The notes under the pieces were generated by a model that saw only the letters and a list, made by a program, of their open reading frames with translations, made no database searches and was not told the origin of the DNA. 64,000 nucleotides of DNA. It comes from an uncultured bacterium (GTDB lineage: Bacteria; Patescibacteriota; Patescibacteriia; SG8-24; DYFX01). The translations under genes were made by a program, and so were the position numbers. Of the stretch, positions 1-9,645 are shown piece by piece. Numbering within the stretch: position 1 is the stretch's first letter; every line of letters begins with the position of its first letter. Where the stretch lies: the NCBI GenBank assembly GCA_937900255.1, contig CALCDZ010000003.1, positions 191,149 to 255,148 on the forward strand. The letters are read 5' to 3'.

Positions 1-1028
1 CACACCTCGGGCGGCCGGAAGGGAAGAAGGCCGCAGCTCTCAAGCTCGATCCGATCGCCAAGCGCCTGACCCAGCTCTTGGGACGGATCGTCGAGAAGCT
101 TCCGGATTGCGTCGGGCCCGAAACCGAAAAAGCCGTGGCCGCCATGAAGGACGGCCAGGTCGTGCTGCTCGAGAACCTGCGTTTCAAGAAGGGGGAGGAG
201 GAGAACGATCCGGAGTTTTCCGAAGCGCTTTCGAGATTGGGCGACGCGTACATCGATGAAGCCTTCGGGACGTGCCATCGCGCCGCCGCTTCGATCGTCG
301 GCATCACGCGCCACCTGCCTTCCTATGCCGGCCCGCTGCTCGTCTCGGAAGTCGCCGCCCTCACGAAAGCTCTCGAGTCGCCCGAACGGCCGTATCTCGT
401 GGTCATGGGCGGCGCCAAGGTCTCGAGCAAGATCGGCGTGATCAGCCAGATGTTGTCCGTCGCCGACCGCGTGCTGCTTGGCGGCGCGCTCGTCGCCCCG
501 TTCTACAAGGCCATGAGCCATTGCATCGGCCAGACGCCTTGCAGCGACGAGGACCTCGCCGCCGCGGCGGAAATCATGCGGCATCCCTACTTCAAGAAGC
601 TGATCCTGCCGCACGACGTCGTGATCGGCGACCCGAAGCGCCCCAAGGATTGGGCCAAGGTCGTCGATCTCCAGGAGGAGCCGTTCGACCTTTGCATCGA
701 GAACGAGGCGATCCTCGATATCGGTCCGAAGACCATCGCGGCCTACGCCGCCTATGTCCGCTCCGCCAAGATGATCGTCTGGAACGGCCCGCTCGGCTGG
801 TTCGAGGAGCCGAAGTTCAGCCACGGGACCTTGGCGCTCGGACGCCTGATCGCCGCCCGCTCCAAAGGCAAGACCTACGGAATCGTCGGCGGCGGAGAGA
901 CGGCGATCGCGCTCGCGAAGACCGGCCTCATGGAGTGCGTCGACCACGTCTCGACCGGAGGCGGCGCCATGCTGGAGTTCCTGGAAGGCAAGGCGTTACC
1001 TGGGCTCCAGCCGCTACGTATCGCTTGA
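1..1028 (+). CDS. pgk: phosphoglycerate kinase, 5'-truncated at window edge
   Basis: The reading frame is open from the window start, in frame with ORF 78..1028. The translation (HLGRPEGKK...VVLLENLRF...GGGAMLEFLEGK) matches PGK from the hinge through the C-terminal nucleotide-binding domain. The N-terminus lies upstream of the window. Confidence 0.9.
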   Translation, partial: HLGRPEGKKAAALKLDPIAKRLTQLLGRIVEKLPDCVGPETEKAVAAMKDGQVVLLENLRFKKGEEENDPEFSEALSRLGDAYIDEAFGTCHRAAASIVGITRHLPSYAGPLLVSEVAALTKALESPERPYLVVMGGAKVSSKIGVISQMLSVADRVLLGGALVAPFYKAMSHCIGQTPCSDEDLAAAAEIMRHPYFKKLILPHDVVIGDPKRPKDWAKVVDLQEEPFDLCIENEAILDIGPKTIAAYAAYVRSAKMIVWNGPLGWFEEPKFSHGTLALGRLIAARSKGKTYGIVGGGETAIALAKTGLMECVDHVSTGGGAMLEFLEGKALPGLQPLRIA

Positions 1029-1056
1029 TATTAAGACCCTATCATTCCACGCGTCT

Positions 1057-1875
1057 ATGGAAGACCACATGTCCGGAAACTGCGGAAACGGCTCGTGCGG
1101 CTGCGGCAGCAAGGGTTGGATGGCGGGCAGCATGCGCCGCAAGCCCTTCTTCGGCCTTCTCGTCCTGGCGGCCGTCATTTACCTTGCCCTGCTCTCGCGC
1201 AATGCCGCCAAGCAGTACGGCACGATCGGCGCGCCGCCGGTCCAGCGCGACAGCATCTCGGTCGACGCCGTCGGCAAGGTCACGGCCCTGCCCGACATCG
1301 CCAGCGTCTCGATCGGCGTCAAGACCGAGAAGAAATCCATCGCCGACGCCCAGAAGGAGAACTCCCTCAAGATGAACGCCATCATCGAGAAGCTCCAGCA
1401 GCTTGGCGTGGCGAAAGAGGACATCCAGACCTCCCAATATTCGATCGACCCCGCCTATGATTACCCGGACGGCAAGGAGATCCTTCGGGGATACGAAGTC
1501 CGGCAGGACGTGGACGTGAAGGTGCGCAAGCTCGACTCGATCAGCGACATCCTGGCTTCCGCCGCTTCGCTCGGCGCCAACCAGATCGGCGGCATCGGCT
1601 TCACGATCGACGATCCGGAGACGCTCCGGCAGCAGGCCCGGCTGAAAGGCATCGAAGCCGCCAAGAAGAAGGCGCAGGATCTCGCGGCCGCCGCGGGCGT
1701 GAAGCTCGGCAAGGTCGTTGGCTTCAGCGAATCGTCCTCCTCGCCGGAATCTCCCGTCTACTACGCCAAGGACATGGTGACCGGGATGGGCGGCGCCTCG
1801 AACCCTTCCCCGAACGTCCAACCCGGTTCGCAGGACGTCATCGTGAACGTCACCGTCCAGTACGAGATCCTGTAG
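1057..1875 (+). CDS. SIMPL/DUF541 family periplasmic protein (BP26/OMP28-like), N-terminal Cys/Gly-rich segment plus TM helix
   Basis: The 272-aa ORF has a hydrophobic anchor ([16 protein letters not shown]). The SIMPL-like body ([10 protein letters not shown]...[10 protein letters not shown]...[26 protein letters not shown]...) resembles 26-kDa periplasmic immunogenic proteins. Confidence 0.7.
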   Translation: MEDHMSGNCGNGSCGCGSKGWMAGSMRRKPFFGLLVLAAVIYLALLSRNAAKQYGTIGAPPVQRDSISVDAVGKVTALPDIASVSIGVKTEKKSIADAQKENSLKMNAIIEKLQQLGVAKEDIQTSQYSIDPAYDYPDGKEILRGYEVRQDVDVKVRKLDSISDILASAASLGANQIGGIGFTIDDPETLRQQARLKGIEAAKKKAQDLAAAAGVKLGKVVGFSESSSSPESPVYYAKDMVTGMGGASNPSPNVQPGSQDVIVNVTVQYEIL

Positions 1876-1885
1876 GGAAGCGGAA

Positions 1886-3148
1886 ATGCCTACCATCCGA
1901 GACATCAAGGCCCGCGAGATCCTCGATTCGCGCGGGAATCCGACCGTCGAGGTCTCCATGACCCTTTCCGACGGGACGTCCGCCAAGGCATCCGTGCCTT
2001 CCGGCGCCTCGACCGGCATCCATGAGGCTCTCGAGCTCCGCGACCGCGACCGCAAGCGCTACCGGGGGCTCGGCGTCCGGAAAGCCGTCGCGAACGTCAA
2101 TGACGTCATCGCGCCGGCGCTCTTCGGCATGGAAGTCCAACAGCAGCGGAAGATCGACGCCCGCATGAACGAGCTCGACGGTACCGCCAACAAAGGGCGT
2201 CTGGGCGCGAACGCCATCCTGGGCGTCTCGCTCGCGGCCGCGCGCGCGGGGGCCGCCTCGCTCCGCCTGCCGTTGTATCGCTACCTGCGCGACATCTTCC
2301 AGCTTGAACATGAAGGGTATCGCATGCCTCTTCCGATGATGAACGTGCTGAACGGCGGCGTCCACGCCGATTGGAGCATCGACTTCCAGGAATGCCTGAT
2401 CATCCCGCGACAGAAGACCTTTCGGGAGCGCGTGCGTTGCGGTTCGGAGATCTTCCATGCCTTGCGGGGGATCCTCAAGGAAAACGGGTATGCCGTCGGT
2501 GTCGGCGACGAAGGCGGGTTCGCGCCCAAGCTCCGCCGGAACGCCCAGGCGTTCGAACTGATCGCCAAGGCCGTCCGCAAGGCCGGATACGCGCTCGGAC
2601 GCGACGTGGCTTTCGGCATGGATCCGGCCGCTTCCGAGTTTTATGACGCCAAGAAGGGGAAATACCGCCTGCTTCGCGATCGCCGCACGCTCGACAGCGA
2701 CGGCATGATCCGGATGTGGCAAGACCTCGTCAGGAAGTGGCCGTTCCTCTCCATCGAGGACGGGTTGGCCGAGGATGATTGGGACGGTTGGAAGAGGTTG
2801 ACCGGGACGCTCGGCAAGAAGATCGCCTTGGTGGGCGACGACCTCTTCGTGACCAACGTCGAGCGCCTGCGCAAGGGGATCGAGCGTGGCGTCGCCAACG
2901 CCATCCTGATCAAGCTCAACCAGATCGGCACCCTCTCGGAGACGATCGACGCCATCCGGCTCGCCCAGCGCCACGGGTACAAGGTCGCGGTCTCGCATCG
3001 TTCGGGGGAGACGGCCGACACCACCATCGCCGACCTGGCGGCGGCCGTGAACGCCGAGTTCATCAAGACCGGATCCCTCTCCCGCAGCGAGCGGTTGGAG
3101 AAGTACAACCGCCTGATGGAAATCGAGGAGGAAACCGATGCCAAGTAA
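1886..3148 (+). CDS. eno: enolase (phosphopyruvate hydratase)
   Basis: The 420-aa ORF begins [23 protein letters not shown]...[15 protein letters not shown] and carries the C-terminal [17 protein letters not shown]-like motif. An SD-like GGGAAG lies upstream. Confidence 0.95.
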   Translation: MPTIRDIKAREILDSRGNPTVEVSMTLSDGTSAKASVPSGASTGIHEALELRDRDRKRYRGLGVRKAVANVNDVIAPALFGMEVQQQRKIDARMNELDGTANKGRLGANAILGVSLAAARAGAASLRLPLYRYLRDIFQLEHEGYRMPLPMMNVLNGGVHADWSIDFQECLIIPRQKTFRERVRCGSEIFHALRGILKENGYAVGVGDEGGFAPKLRRNAQAFELIAKAVRKAGYALGRDVAFGMDPAASEFYDAKKGKYRLLRDRRTLDSDGMIRMWQDLVRKWPFLSIEDGLAEDDWDGWKRLTGTLGKKIALVGDDLFVTNVERLRKGIERGVANAILIKLNQIGTLSETIDAIRLAQRHGYKVAVSHRSGETADTTIADLAAAVNAEFIKTGSLSRSERLEKYNRLMEIEEETDAK

Positions 3149-4712
3149 GAAGCGCGGCAACGTGCGTCCGATGGTGCTGGTCATCTGCGACGGCCTGGGT
3201 TCGGCGCCGGCCGGTTTTCGGGGCAATGCCGTGCTCATGGCCAAGACGCCAACCTTGATGGGGTTGTGGGAAGGGTACCCACATACCGAACTGTTCGCGC
3301 ACGGCCAGCACGTCGGATTGCCTAAACATCAGCCGGGAAATTCCGAGGCCGGCCACCTGAACCTCGGGGCGGGCCGGGTGGTCATGCAGGATGCGGTCCT
3401 CATCAGCAACGCCATCGAGGACGGCACGTTCTTCAAGAACACCGCCTTCATCGAGGCGCTCAAGCACGTCAAGAAATACGGCACGAAAGTCCATCTGATG
3501 GGCCTCGTCTCCACCGGCAACTCGCCGCATGCCAGCATGGACCACCTGTACGGCTTGCTGGAGCTCTGCCGCCGCCAGGATGTGGGAGACGTCCGGCTGC
3601 ATCTCTTCACGGACGGCCGCGACGGACCGCGTTTCGCCGCCACGGAACTGGTGCACGAGATCGAATCCCGCCTGAGGCCGGGAGAGCGCATCGCCAGCCT
3701 GATGGGCCGTTTCTATCCGATGGACCGCAACAAGAACTGGAACCGTCTTGACCTGGCGTATCACGCCATCGTCAACGGCCAGGGCGTGTCCGCGCCGTCG
3801 GCCGAGGCCGGCCTGCTCGCGGCCTACAATCGAGGGGAGACGGATGAGTTCATCGTCCCGACCGTCGTGACCGACCGCGATCATCGCCCGATCGGCACGG
3901 TCGGGGACAACGACGCAGTGATCTTCTTCAACCTGCGTTCCGACCGCGCGCGCCAGTTCTCGAAGACCTTCCTGCTGAACGACTTCGAGACTTCGCAGCC
4001 GGGCGCTTTCAAGCGCCGGCGCGTGGCGCATAACATCCGTTTCGTGGCCATGACGGACTTCGGTCCGGACCTGCAGCACGTGCTGACGGCTTTTCCCGGA
4101 CGGGACGTCAAGAACTCCCTTCCGGCGGTGCTGCAGGACCTGAAACAGCTCTACGCGGCGGAATCCGAGAAATATTCCCACATCACGTTCTTCTTCAACG
4201 GCGGTTTCGACGACAGTCATTTCAACGAGGAGCATCTTCGGATCGAATCGCTGCGCATCCCGCGCTTCGACATGGCGCCGGAGATGAGGGCCGAAGAGCT
4301 GGCCTCGGCGGTGCTGAAGAAGCTGCATACCGGCAACTACCACTTCATCGCCATGAATTTCGCCAACGCCGACATGGTCGGCCACACGGGGAACCTTGAG
4401 GCGTCCATCAGGGCGGTCGAGGTGCTCGACGCCTGCATCGGGCGGATCTGGAAGGAAGTCAAGACGCTCGGCGGGCATCTGGTCGTGACGGCCGATCACG
4501 GCAACGTCGAGCAGATGATCGACGGTTCCACCGGCGCGATCGAGACCGAACACTCCACCAACCCCGTCCCGTTCATCGTCGCCGGTCCTGGACTGGAGGG
4601 CTTTCGGGAATTGCCCCGCGGCGTCCTGGCGGATGTCGCTCCGACCATCCTGGATCTGATGGGCATCCGCCCGCCCGAGGAAATGAACGGACGGTCGCTG
4701 CTTTCGGATTGA
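3138..4712 (+). CDS. gpmI: 2,3-bisphosphoglycerate-independent phosphoglycerate mutase (iPGM), copy 1
   Basis: The 524-aa ORF has the [24 protein letters not shown] (catalytic Ser) and C-terminal ADHGNVEQM motifs of the iPGM / alkaline-phosphatase superfamily. It overlaps the 3' end of eno by 11 nt. Confidence 0.9.
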   Translation: MPSKKRGNVRPMVLVICDGLGSAPAGFRGNAVLMAKTPTLMGLWEGYPHTELFAHGQHVGLPKHQPGNSEAGHLNLGAGRVVMQDAVLISNAIEDGTFFKNTAFIEALKHVKKYGTKVHLMGLVSTGNSPHASMDHLYGLLELCRRQDVGDVRLHLFTDGRDGPRFAATELVHEIESRLRPGERIASLMGRFYPMDRNKNWNRLDLAYHAIVNGQGVSAPSAEAGLLAAYNRGETDEFIVPTVVTDRDHRPIGTVGDNDAVIFFNLRSDRARQFSKTFLLNDFETSQPGAFKRRRVAHNIRFVAMTDFGPDLQHVLTAFPGRDVKNSLPAVLQDLKQLYAAESEKYSHITFFFNGGFDDSHFNEEHLRIESLRIPRFDMAPEMRAEELASAVLKKLHTGNYHFIAMNFANADMVGHTGNLEASIRAVEVLDACIGRIWKEVKTLGGHLVVTADHGNVEQMIDGSTGAIETEHSTNPVPFIVAGPGLEGFRELPRGVLADVAPTILDLMGIRPPEEMNGRSLLSD

Positions 4713-4777
4713 CGCGGGCGGCCTGCCGGAGGATCCGGCTTGAAACGCCTGCACGTTCCGGCTATCATGTGGTACCT

Positions 4778-6358
4778 ATGCCTGCAATGAATACGCCGCT
4801 CGTCCTGCTCATCCTTGACGGCTGGGGCGTGGCCCCGCCCGACCAAGGCAACGCGCTCGCGCTCGCCGAAACGCCGCGCCTGCGCGCCTTGGCCGCGACG
4901 TATCCTGCCATGACCGTCCAGGCTTCGGGAGAGGAAGTCGGCTTGATGTGGGGCGAGATGGGTAATTCGGAGGTCGGTCACCTGACCATCGGCGCTGGGC
5001 GCGTCTACTACCAGAGCCTGCCGCGCATCAACCGCTCGATCTCGACCGGTGAGTTCTTCCGTAATGCCCAGCTGCTCGCGGCCATCGAGCAGGTCAAGAA
5101 GAACGGCGGCAAGCTGCACCTCATGGGACTGACGTCGATCGGCAACGTGCACGCCTCGCTTGATCATTTGCTGGCGCTTCTCGACTTGGCCGCGCAGCAG
5201 GGCGTCGAGAGGCTGTTCCTGCACGCCTTTTTGGACGGGCGCGACACCACGTATAATGCCGGGATCGACTTCATCGGCACCGCGCTCGATCGCATGAGGA
5301 AGAACGGCGTGGGCAAGCTGGCGACGATGTCGGGCCGCTTTTACGCGATGGATCGCGACAATCGCTGGGAACGCATCGAGAAGGCGTATCGTGCCATGGT
5401 CGACGGCGTGTCTGACGCGACCGCGGAGGACCCTCTTCAGGCGCTTCGGGCGTCGTATGACGCCAAGGTCTACGACGAGGAGTTCGTGCCGACCGTCATC
5501 GTCGAAGGGGGCAAGCCCGTGGCCGTCGTCGAGGACGGCGATGCCGTCATCTTCTTCAACTTCCGTCCGGACCGGGCGCGGGAGATCACCAAGGCTTTCG
5601 CGCTGCCCTCGTTCGACAAGTTCGAACGGACTTATATGCGCGGGCTGATGTTCGTGACCATGACCGAGTATGAGAAAGGGTTGCCGGTTGCGGTCGCCTT
5701 CCCTCCGGAGCCGGTGGGCACGTGCCTGGCCAAGGTCGTCTCCGATGCCGGATTGCGGCAGCTGCATATCGCCGAAACCGAGAAATACGCGCACGTCACG
5801 TTCTTCCTGAACGGCATGAGGGAAGACCCGTTCCCGGGAGAGGATCGCGTCATCATCCCTTCGCCCAAGGTCGCTTCTTACGACCAGCAGCCGGAGATGT
5901 CGGCCGGACCGATCACGGATCGCATCGTGCGCGAGATCGAAGCGGGCACCTACGACCTCATCGCCGCCAATTTCGCGAACGGCGACATGGTCGGTCATAC
6001 CGGGAATCTCGCCGCGACCGTGACGGCGGCCGAAGCCGTCGATCGCTGCATCGGACGCATCGTCGACGCGGCGCTGGCCAGGGGTGGCACGGTCGTCATC
6101 ACCGCCGATCATGGGAACGCCGAGGAAGTCGTCAATCTCCAGACCGGCGCGATCGATAAGGAGCACTCGACGTATCCCGTTCCCTTGATCGTCGTCGGGC
6201 GCCAGTTCGAAGGCATGGCCGGAGAAGGGCAGGAGATGGTCGCCGGCGACATGTCGCTCAATCCTCCGATCGGCATGCTCTCCGACGTCACTCCGACCGT
6301 CCTGAAGATCATGGGCGTGCCGCAGCCGCTCGAGATGACTGGCCGGGCGCTCGTTTAA
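4778..6358 (+). CDS. gpmI: 2,3-bisphosphoglycerate-independent phosphoglycerate mutase paralog, copy 2
   Basis: The ORF is 4709..6358, and the likely start is the ATG at 4778 (MPAMNTPLVLLILDGWG). The GNSEVGHLTIGAGRV and ADHGNAEEV motifs are conserved. It sits in tandem with copy 1 and is clearly diverged from it. Confidence 0.85.
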   Translation: MPAMNTPLVLLILDGWGVAPPDQGNALALAETPRLRALAATYPAMTVQASGEEVGLMWGEMGNSEVGHLTIGAGRVYYQSLPRINRSISTGEFFRNAQLLAAIEQVKKNGGKLHLMGLTSIGNVHASLDHLLALLDLAAQQGVERLFLHAFLDGRDTTYNAGIDFIGTALDRMRKNGVGKLATMSGRFYAMDRDNRWERIEKAYRAMVDGVSDATAEDPLQALRASYDAKVYDEEFVPTVIVEGGKPVAVVEDGDAVIFFNFRPDRAREITKAFALPSFDKFERTYMRGLMFVTMTEYEKGLPVAVAFPPEPVGTCLAKVVSDAGLRQLHIAETEKYAHVTFFLNGMREDPFPGEDRVIIPSPKVASYDQQPEMSAGPITDRIVREIEAGTYDLIAANFANGDMVGHTGNLAATVTAAEAVDRCIGRIVDAALARGGTVVITADHGNAEEVVNLQTGAIDKEHSTYPVPLIVVGRQFEGMAGEGQEMVAGDMSLNPPIGMLSDVTPTVLKIMGVPQPLEMTGRALV

Positions 6359-6379
6359 GCGTGGCCGCGACCGGGTCTT

Positions 6380-6790
6380 ATGAGCATGCCTGTCGTCCCC
6401 GAATCGGAAATCCGCCTGGAGTTCGCCCGTTCTTCCGGTCCGGGCGGGCAGAACGTGAACAAGGTGTCGAGCAAGGCGCAGCTGCGATGGCACGTCGGCG
6501 GTTCGGCGGCTTTCACGGACGGAGAGAAGGCTTCGATCCGCGCCTTCGCCGGAAACCGCCTCACGAAGGATGACGAGATCGCGCTGTCGGCGGAATCGGA
6601 ACGTTCGCAGCTGCAGAACAGGGAGGAGGCCATCCGGCGGCTGCGGGAGCTGGTGCGCGCCGCTCTCGCGCCGAAGAAGAAGCGCACGCCGACCAAGGTC
6701 AGCCGATCCCAGAAACGGAAGCGGCTCGAAAGCAAGCGTATCGTCGGTGAGCGGAAGAAGAACCGCAGGCCCGTGCGCGGGGAGTGGTGA
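6380..6790 (+). CDS. arfB: alternative ribosome-rescue factor ArfB (peptidyl-tRNA hydrolase, class I RF domain)
   Basis: The 136-aa ORF has a GGQ motif (SSGPGGQNVNKVSSKAQLRW) and a Lys/Arg-rich C-terminal tail, as in ArfB/YaeJ. Confidence 0.8.
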   Translation: MSMPVVPESEIRLEFARSSGPGGQNVNKVSSKAQLRWHVGGSAAFTDGEKASIRAFAGNRLTKDDEIALSAESERSQLQNREEAIRRLRELVRAALAPKKKRTPTKVSRSQKRKRLESKRIVGERKKNRRPVRGEW

Positions 6791-6861
6791 ACGCTAAGGG
6801 TGCGATTTCTTGGCCGTTTCATTTTTGCATGGAATGAATCGACCAGCTAATATGCGCACAT

Positions 6862-7173
6862 ATGAGATCTTGCATCACTTGCGGCATGCCGTTCGAGGGG
6901 AATCATGCTGACGACATCGGCTTGGAACTCCCTGAAGGACCGGTCTGCGCGTTCGACTCCGCGGGCGGGAAGGTGAAGAGCGGCGAAGAGGTTTTCGAGG
7001 GCGGCGTCGAGTTCTTCGCCCAGGCGGCGACGGGCGGAGACCGCGCGCTGGCCGAGCGCCTGACCCGCCGGAACATGAAGAGCCTGCCGTATTGGCAGGC
7101 GCATCCTTTCGGCAGGCTCGAGGGCGACGAAGCGTCCGAGGAAGAGTTCGGATCCGCCATGGCGAAGCTCTGA
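6862..7173 (+). CDS. hypothetical small protein with N-terminal CxxC (possible zinc-ribbon)
   Basis: The 103-aa ORF has host-like high GC3 and begins MRSCITCGMPF. No family was recognised. The overlapping long minus-strand ORFs are Arg/Pro-rich low-complexity sequence and were rejected. Confidence 0.4.
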   Translation: MRSCITCGMPFEGNHADDIGLELPEGPVCAFDSAGGKVKSGEEVFEGGVEFFAQAATGGDRALAERLTRRNMKSLPYWQAHPFGRLEGDEASEEEFGSAMAKL

Positions 7174-7237
7174 AGATTTGACGCGATCTCGGATGGGCCG
7201 TATCGTGCCACGTGCTATCCATGATATTGATACACAT

Positions 7238-7999
7238 ATGCGACGCATCCTTCCGACGATCATCCTCGCCATCACGATCCTGATTTCGACCCCGTCCCTC
7301 TCCCGTGCCGGGGAGGTTTTCGACACTCCGCCGGCCGATGTCGGGAACGGCGGCGGTGGCGGCAACGTGCCTCCGCCGATGCTCTCGATCGTGACGCGCG
7401 TCGTCAATGACAATGCGGGTGCCAAGGGTCCGGCGGATTTCTCCGCGACGGTCACGAGCGGCCAGCCTTCGGTCAAGCAACGGGTGACCGGCGCCGGCGC
7501 GCTCGGCGCTTCCCTCATCCCGAACCTCGGTCCTTATGAGGTGACGCCCGCATCCGATCCCGGCTACTCGTCCGTCTTGAGCGGCCAGTGCAACGGCACC
7601 CTTACGGACGGCCAGTCGGCGATCTGCACGATCACGTATGATGATCTCGCTCCGGTCCCGGAAATGCCCGTGTCCGATGACCAAGGCGCCGCTCCGGTAT
7701 CCGGTACGACGAAGCCTCCGATGCGGCCGGTCCGCCTCCTTCCCAAACCCATGGGTACGGTACCGGGGAGTGCCAGCGATTCCGGAGAAGTCCTTTCGGC
7801 GACCGGATCGGCCTCCGCCGTCGTCATCAATCATGCCCAGGGTGCAGGGTGCACCTGGTTCTGGGGCTGGTTCGGCTGCTATTGGTGGGTCGCGCTCATC
7901 GTCGTCCTGCTCATGCTCGTTGGACGGTCGGTGCATACCTGGAGCAGGACGGACGTGAAAGCGAAGGGGAATGAGGCTAAGGAGGAAAAGAAACCGTAA
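7238..7999 (+). CDS. secreted hypothetical protein with signal peptide and a Trp-rich C-terminal TM anchor
   Basis: The ORF is 7178..7999, and the likely start is the ATG at 7238 (MRRILPTIILAITILISTPSLSRA). A Gly-rich linker is followed by a beta-rich domain. The C-terminus reads GAGCTWFWGWFGCYWWVALIVVLLMLVGRS plus a KAKGNEAKEEKKP tail. Confidence 0.5.
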   Translation: MRRILPTIILAITILISTPSLSRAGEVFDTPPADVGNGGGGGNVPPPMLSIVTRVVNDNAGAKGPADFSATVTSGQPSVKQRVTGAGALGASLIPNLGPYEVTPASDPGYSSVLSGQCNGTLTDGQSAICTITYDDLAPVPEMPVSDDQGAAPVSGTTKPPMRPVRLLPKPMGTVPGSASDSGEVLSATGSASAVVINHAQGAGCTWFWGWFGCYWWVALIVVLLMLVGRSVHTWSRTDVKAKGNEAKEEKKP

Positions 8000-8008
8000 G
8001 TGCGAAGG

Positions 8009-8042
8009 GTGACCCGCGTCGGAAGGCGCGGGTTTCCGTTTT
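8009..8042 (+). terminator. rho-independent terminator after 7238..7999
   Basis: The stem ACCCGCG ... CGCGGGT is followed by a TTTCCGTTTTT tract. Confidence 0.5.
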
Positions 8043-8069
8043 TGGACACGCTTTCTTCCGAAAGCGCAT

Positions 8070-8097
8070 TTGACAACGCTTCCGCATGAGGTACTCT
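8070..8097 (+). promoter_or_regulatory. sigma70-like promoter (TTGACA-N16-TACTCT)
   Basis: TTGACA at 8070-8075 and TACTCT at 8092-8097 are separated by a 16-nt spacer. This is about 45 nt upstream of the strong SD (AAGGAGG) and ATG of the small gene at 8146. Confidence 0.35.
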
Positions 8098-8145
8098 CGT
8101 TCCAGTTCCCGAAAACGACAACCGGGTACGAAGGAGGATCAGGCA

Positions 8146-8388
8146 ATGAAGAAACAGACTCTCGTCATCGGCATGCTCATGGCTCTCTCCACCGCCGGTT
8201 CGGCCATGGCCGATTCCGCCCCCACCCCCGGCAACGTGGCTTCCGCGGCGTCCGTGACCGCGTCCGTGCAGGCGCGGAGCCGTCATCCGAAGAGCCGCAA
8301 CCGTCGCGTCCGGTCCCACAAGCATCGCCCCGCTCCCAAGCGCGGCAGCGATCGCACGGCCGCCCCGGCGAGCCGCAGCCGCCGCTGA
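8146..8388 (+). CDS. small secreted, highly cationic peptide (80 aa; about 58 aa mature)
   Basis: The ATG at 8146 is preceded by AAGGAGG. The signal peptide is MKKQTLVIGMLMALSTAGSAMA. The mature part ends in an Arg/Lys/His-rich tail (ARSRHPKSRNRRVRSHKHRPAPKRGSDRTAAPASRSRR). Confidence 0.5.
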   Translation: MKKQTLVIGMLMALSTAGSAMADSAPTPGNVASAASVTASVQARSRHPKSRNRRVRSHKHRPAPKRGSDRTAAPASRSRR

Positions 8389-8450
8389 CCCCGCAGTCCT
8401 CCGCCCCGGTTTGACCGCGGGCGTTTTTCGTTCCATGATGGCGTGGAGAT

Positions 8451-9608
8451 ATGAAGAACTTCACCCTCGTCCATCAGGACAAGAGCTCAGGGGCGCGCGC
8501 GGGCGTCATCCATACCGATCATGGCGACGTGGAGACGCCTGTCTTCATGCCGGTCGGGACGCAGGCGACCGTGAAATCGCTCGACGCTTCCGACATGGAG
8601 GCGCTCGACGCACGCATCATCCTGAACAACACGTACCACCTCCACCTGCGCCCGGGCGAGGACGTCGTCCAGGCCCTCGGGGGCGCGCACCGTTTCCAGA
8701 AATGGGACCGCGCCATCCTGACGGATTCCGGCGGCTACCAGGTCTTTTCGCTCGACGTGAAAGGCGGCGCGCACGGGTCGCTCGTGAAGATCGACGAGGA
8801 CGGCGTCACCTTCAAGTCGCATCTCGACGGCTCCAGCCACCGCTTCACTCCCGAGGAGGCGATCCGCGTCCAGCAGAAGCTCGGCGCCGACATCATCATG
8901 GCTTTCGACCAATGCACGCGCGACGCCGCGACGCCGGGGGAGGCACGCGCCGCCATGGAGCGCACGCACCGCTGGGCCGACCGTTGCCTGAAGGCGATGA
9001 AGGACAAGGTGGACGCGCCGTCGCATCGCCAGCAGCTGTTCGGTATCGTGCAGGGCGGCATCCATAAGGACCTCCGTCGCGCTTCGGCGGAGTTCGTGGC
9101 TTCGCGTCCGTTCGACGGTTTCGCGGTCGGCGGCGAATCCATCGGCTACAACATGGAGAAGACGCGCGAGATCCTCGGCTGGATCGCCGACGTCATGCCG
9201 CAGGACAAGGCGCGCTATGCCATGGGCGTCGGCCTTTCACCGGAGGACCTCTTCGACGTCGTGGAGGGCGGCGTGGACATGTTCGACTGCGTCAGTCCGA
9301 CGCGCGTCGCCCGCAACGGGGCGCTCTTCCATCGCGCTTCCGGGCGTTCCAAGAAGTACCGGCTGGAGATCGGCAACCGCCGCTTCGAACGCGACGCCGG
9401 ACCGATCGACGACGAGTGCGCCTGCTCCACCTGTCGGCGCCATTCGCGCGCCTACCTGCGCCACCTCTTCATGACGCAGGAGATCGCCTACTTCCGCCTG
9501 GCGACCGTCCATAACCTGCACTTCCTGCTCGAACTGATGCGGCACATGCGCCAGGCCATCATCGAGGACCGTTTCCTGGATTTCAAGAAAAATTGGATCG
9601 TGGAATGA
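8451..9608 (+). CDS. tgt: queuine tRNA-ribosyltransferase (tRNA-guanine transglycosylase)
   Basis: The 385-aa ORF carries the Tgt motifs VETPVFMPVGTQATVK, ILNNTYHL and DSGGYQV, and a C-terminal Zn-binding cluster CxCxxC...H. Confidence 0.95.
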   Translation: MKNFTLVHQDKSSGARAGVIHTDHGDVETPVFMPVGTQATVKSLDASDMEALDARIILNNTYHLHLRPGEDVVQALGGAHRFQKWDRAILTDSGGYQVFSLDVKGGAHGSLVKIDEDGVTFKSHLDGSSHRFTPEEAIRVQQKLGADIIMAFDQCTRDAATPGEARAAMERTHRWADRCLKAMKDKVDAPSHRQQLFGIVQGGIHKDLRRASAEFVASRPFDGFAVGGESIGYNMEKTREILGWIADVMPQDKARYAMGVGLSPEDLFDVVEGGVDMFDCVSPTRVARNGALFHRASGRSKKYRLEIGNRRFERDAGPIDDECACSTCRRHSRAYLRHLFMTQEIAYFRLATVHNLHFLLELMRHMRQAIIEDRFLDFKKNWIVE

Positions 9609-9610
9609 AA

Positions 9611-9645
9611 AAAAAGAGACCCGCCGTGAGACCGGGTCTTTTCAC
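9611..9645. terminator. bidirectional rho-independent terminator between tgt and the convergent gene
   Basis: The hairpin AGACCCG...CGGGTCT is flanked by an A-run upstream and a T-run downstream. Confidence 0.6.

Noticed and set aside
1042-6493. Series of long minus-strand ORFs (1042..2055, 1850..3244, 3063..4754, 4496..6493) antisense to the glycolytic genes
   Set aside because: They are Arg/Ala/Gly/Pro-rich low-complexity translations typical of antisense frames in GC-rich DNA. The sense strand encodes unmistakable pgk, eno and gpmI.
6847-8146. Minus-strand ORFs 6847..7518 and 6875..8146 (223 and 423 aa)
   Set aside because: They are low-complexity Arg/Pro-rich products overlapping well-coded + strand genes with signal peptides and an SD-preceded start. 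They were treated as spurious.
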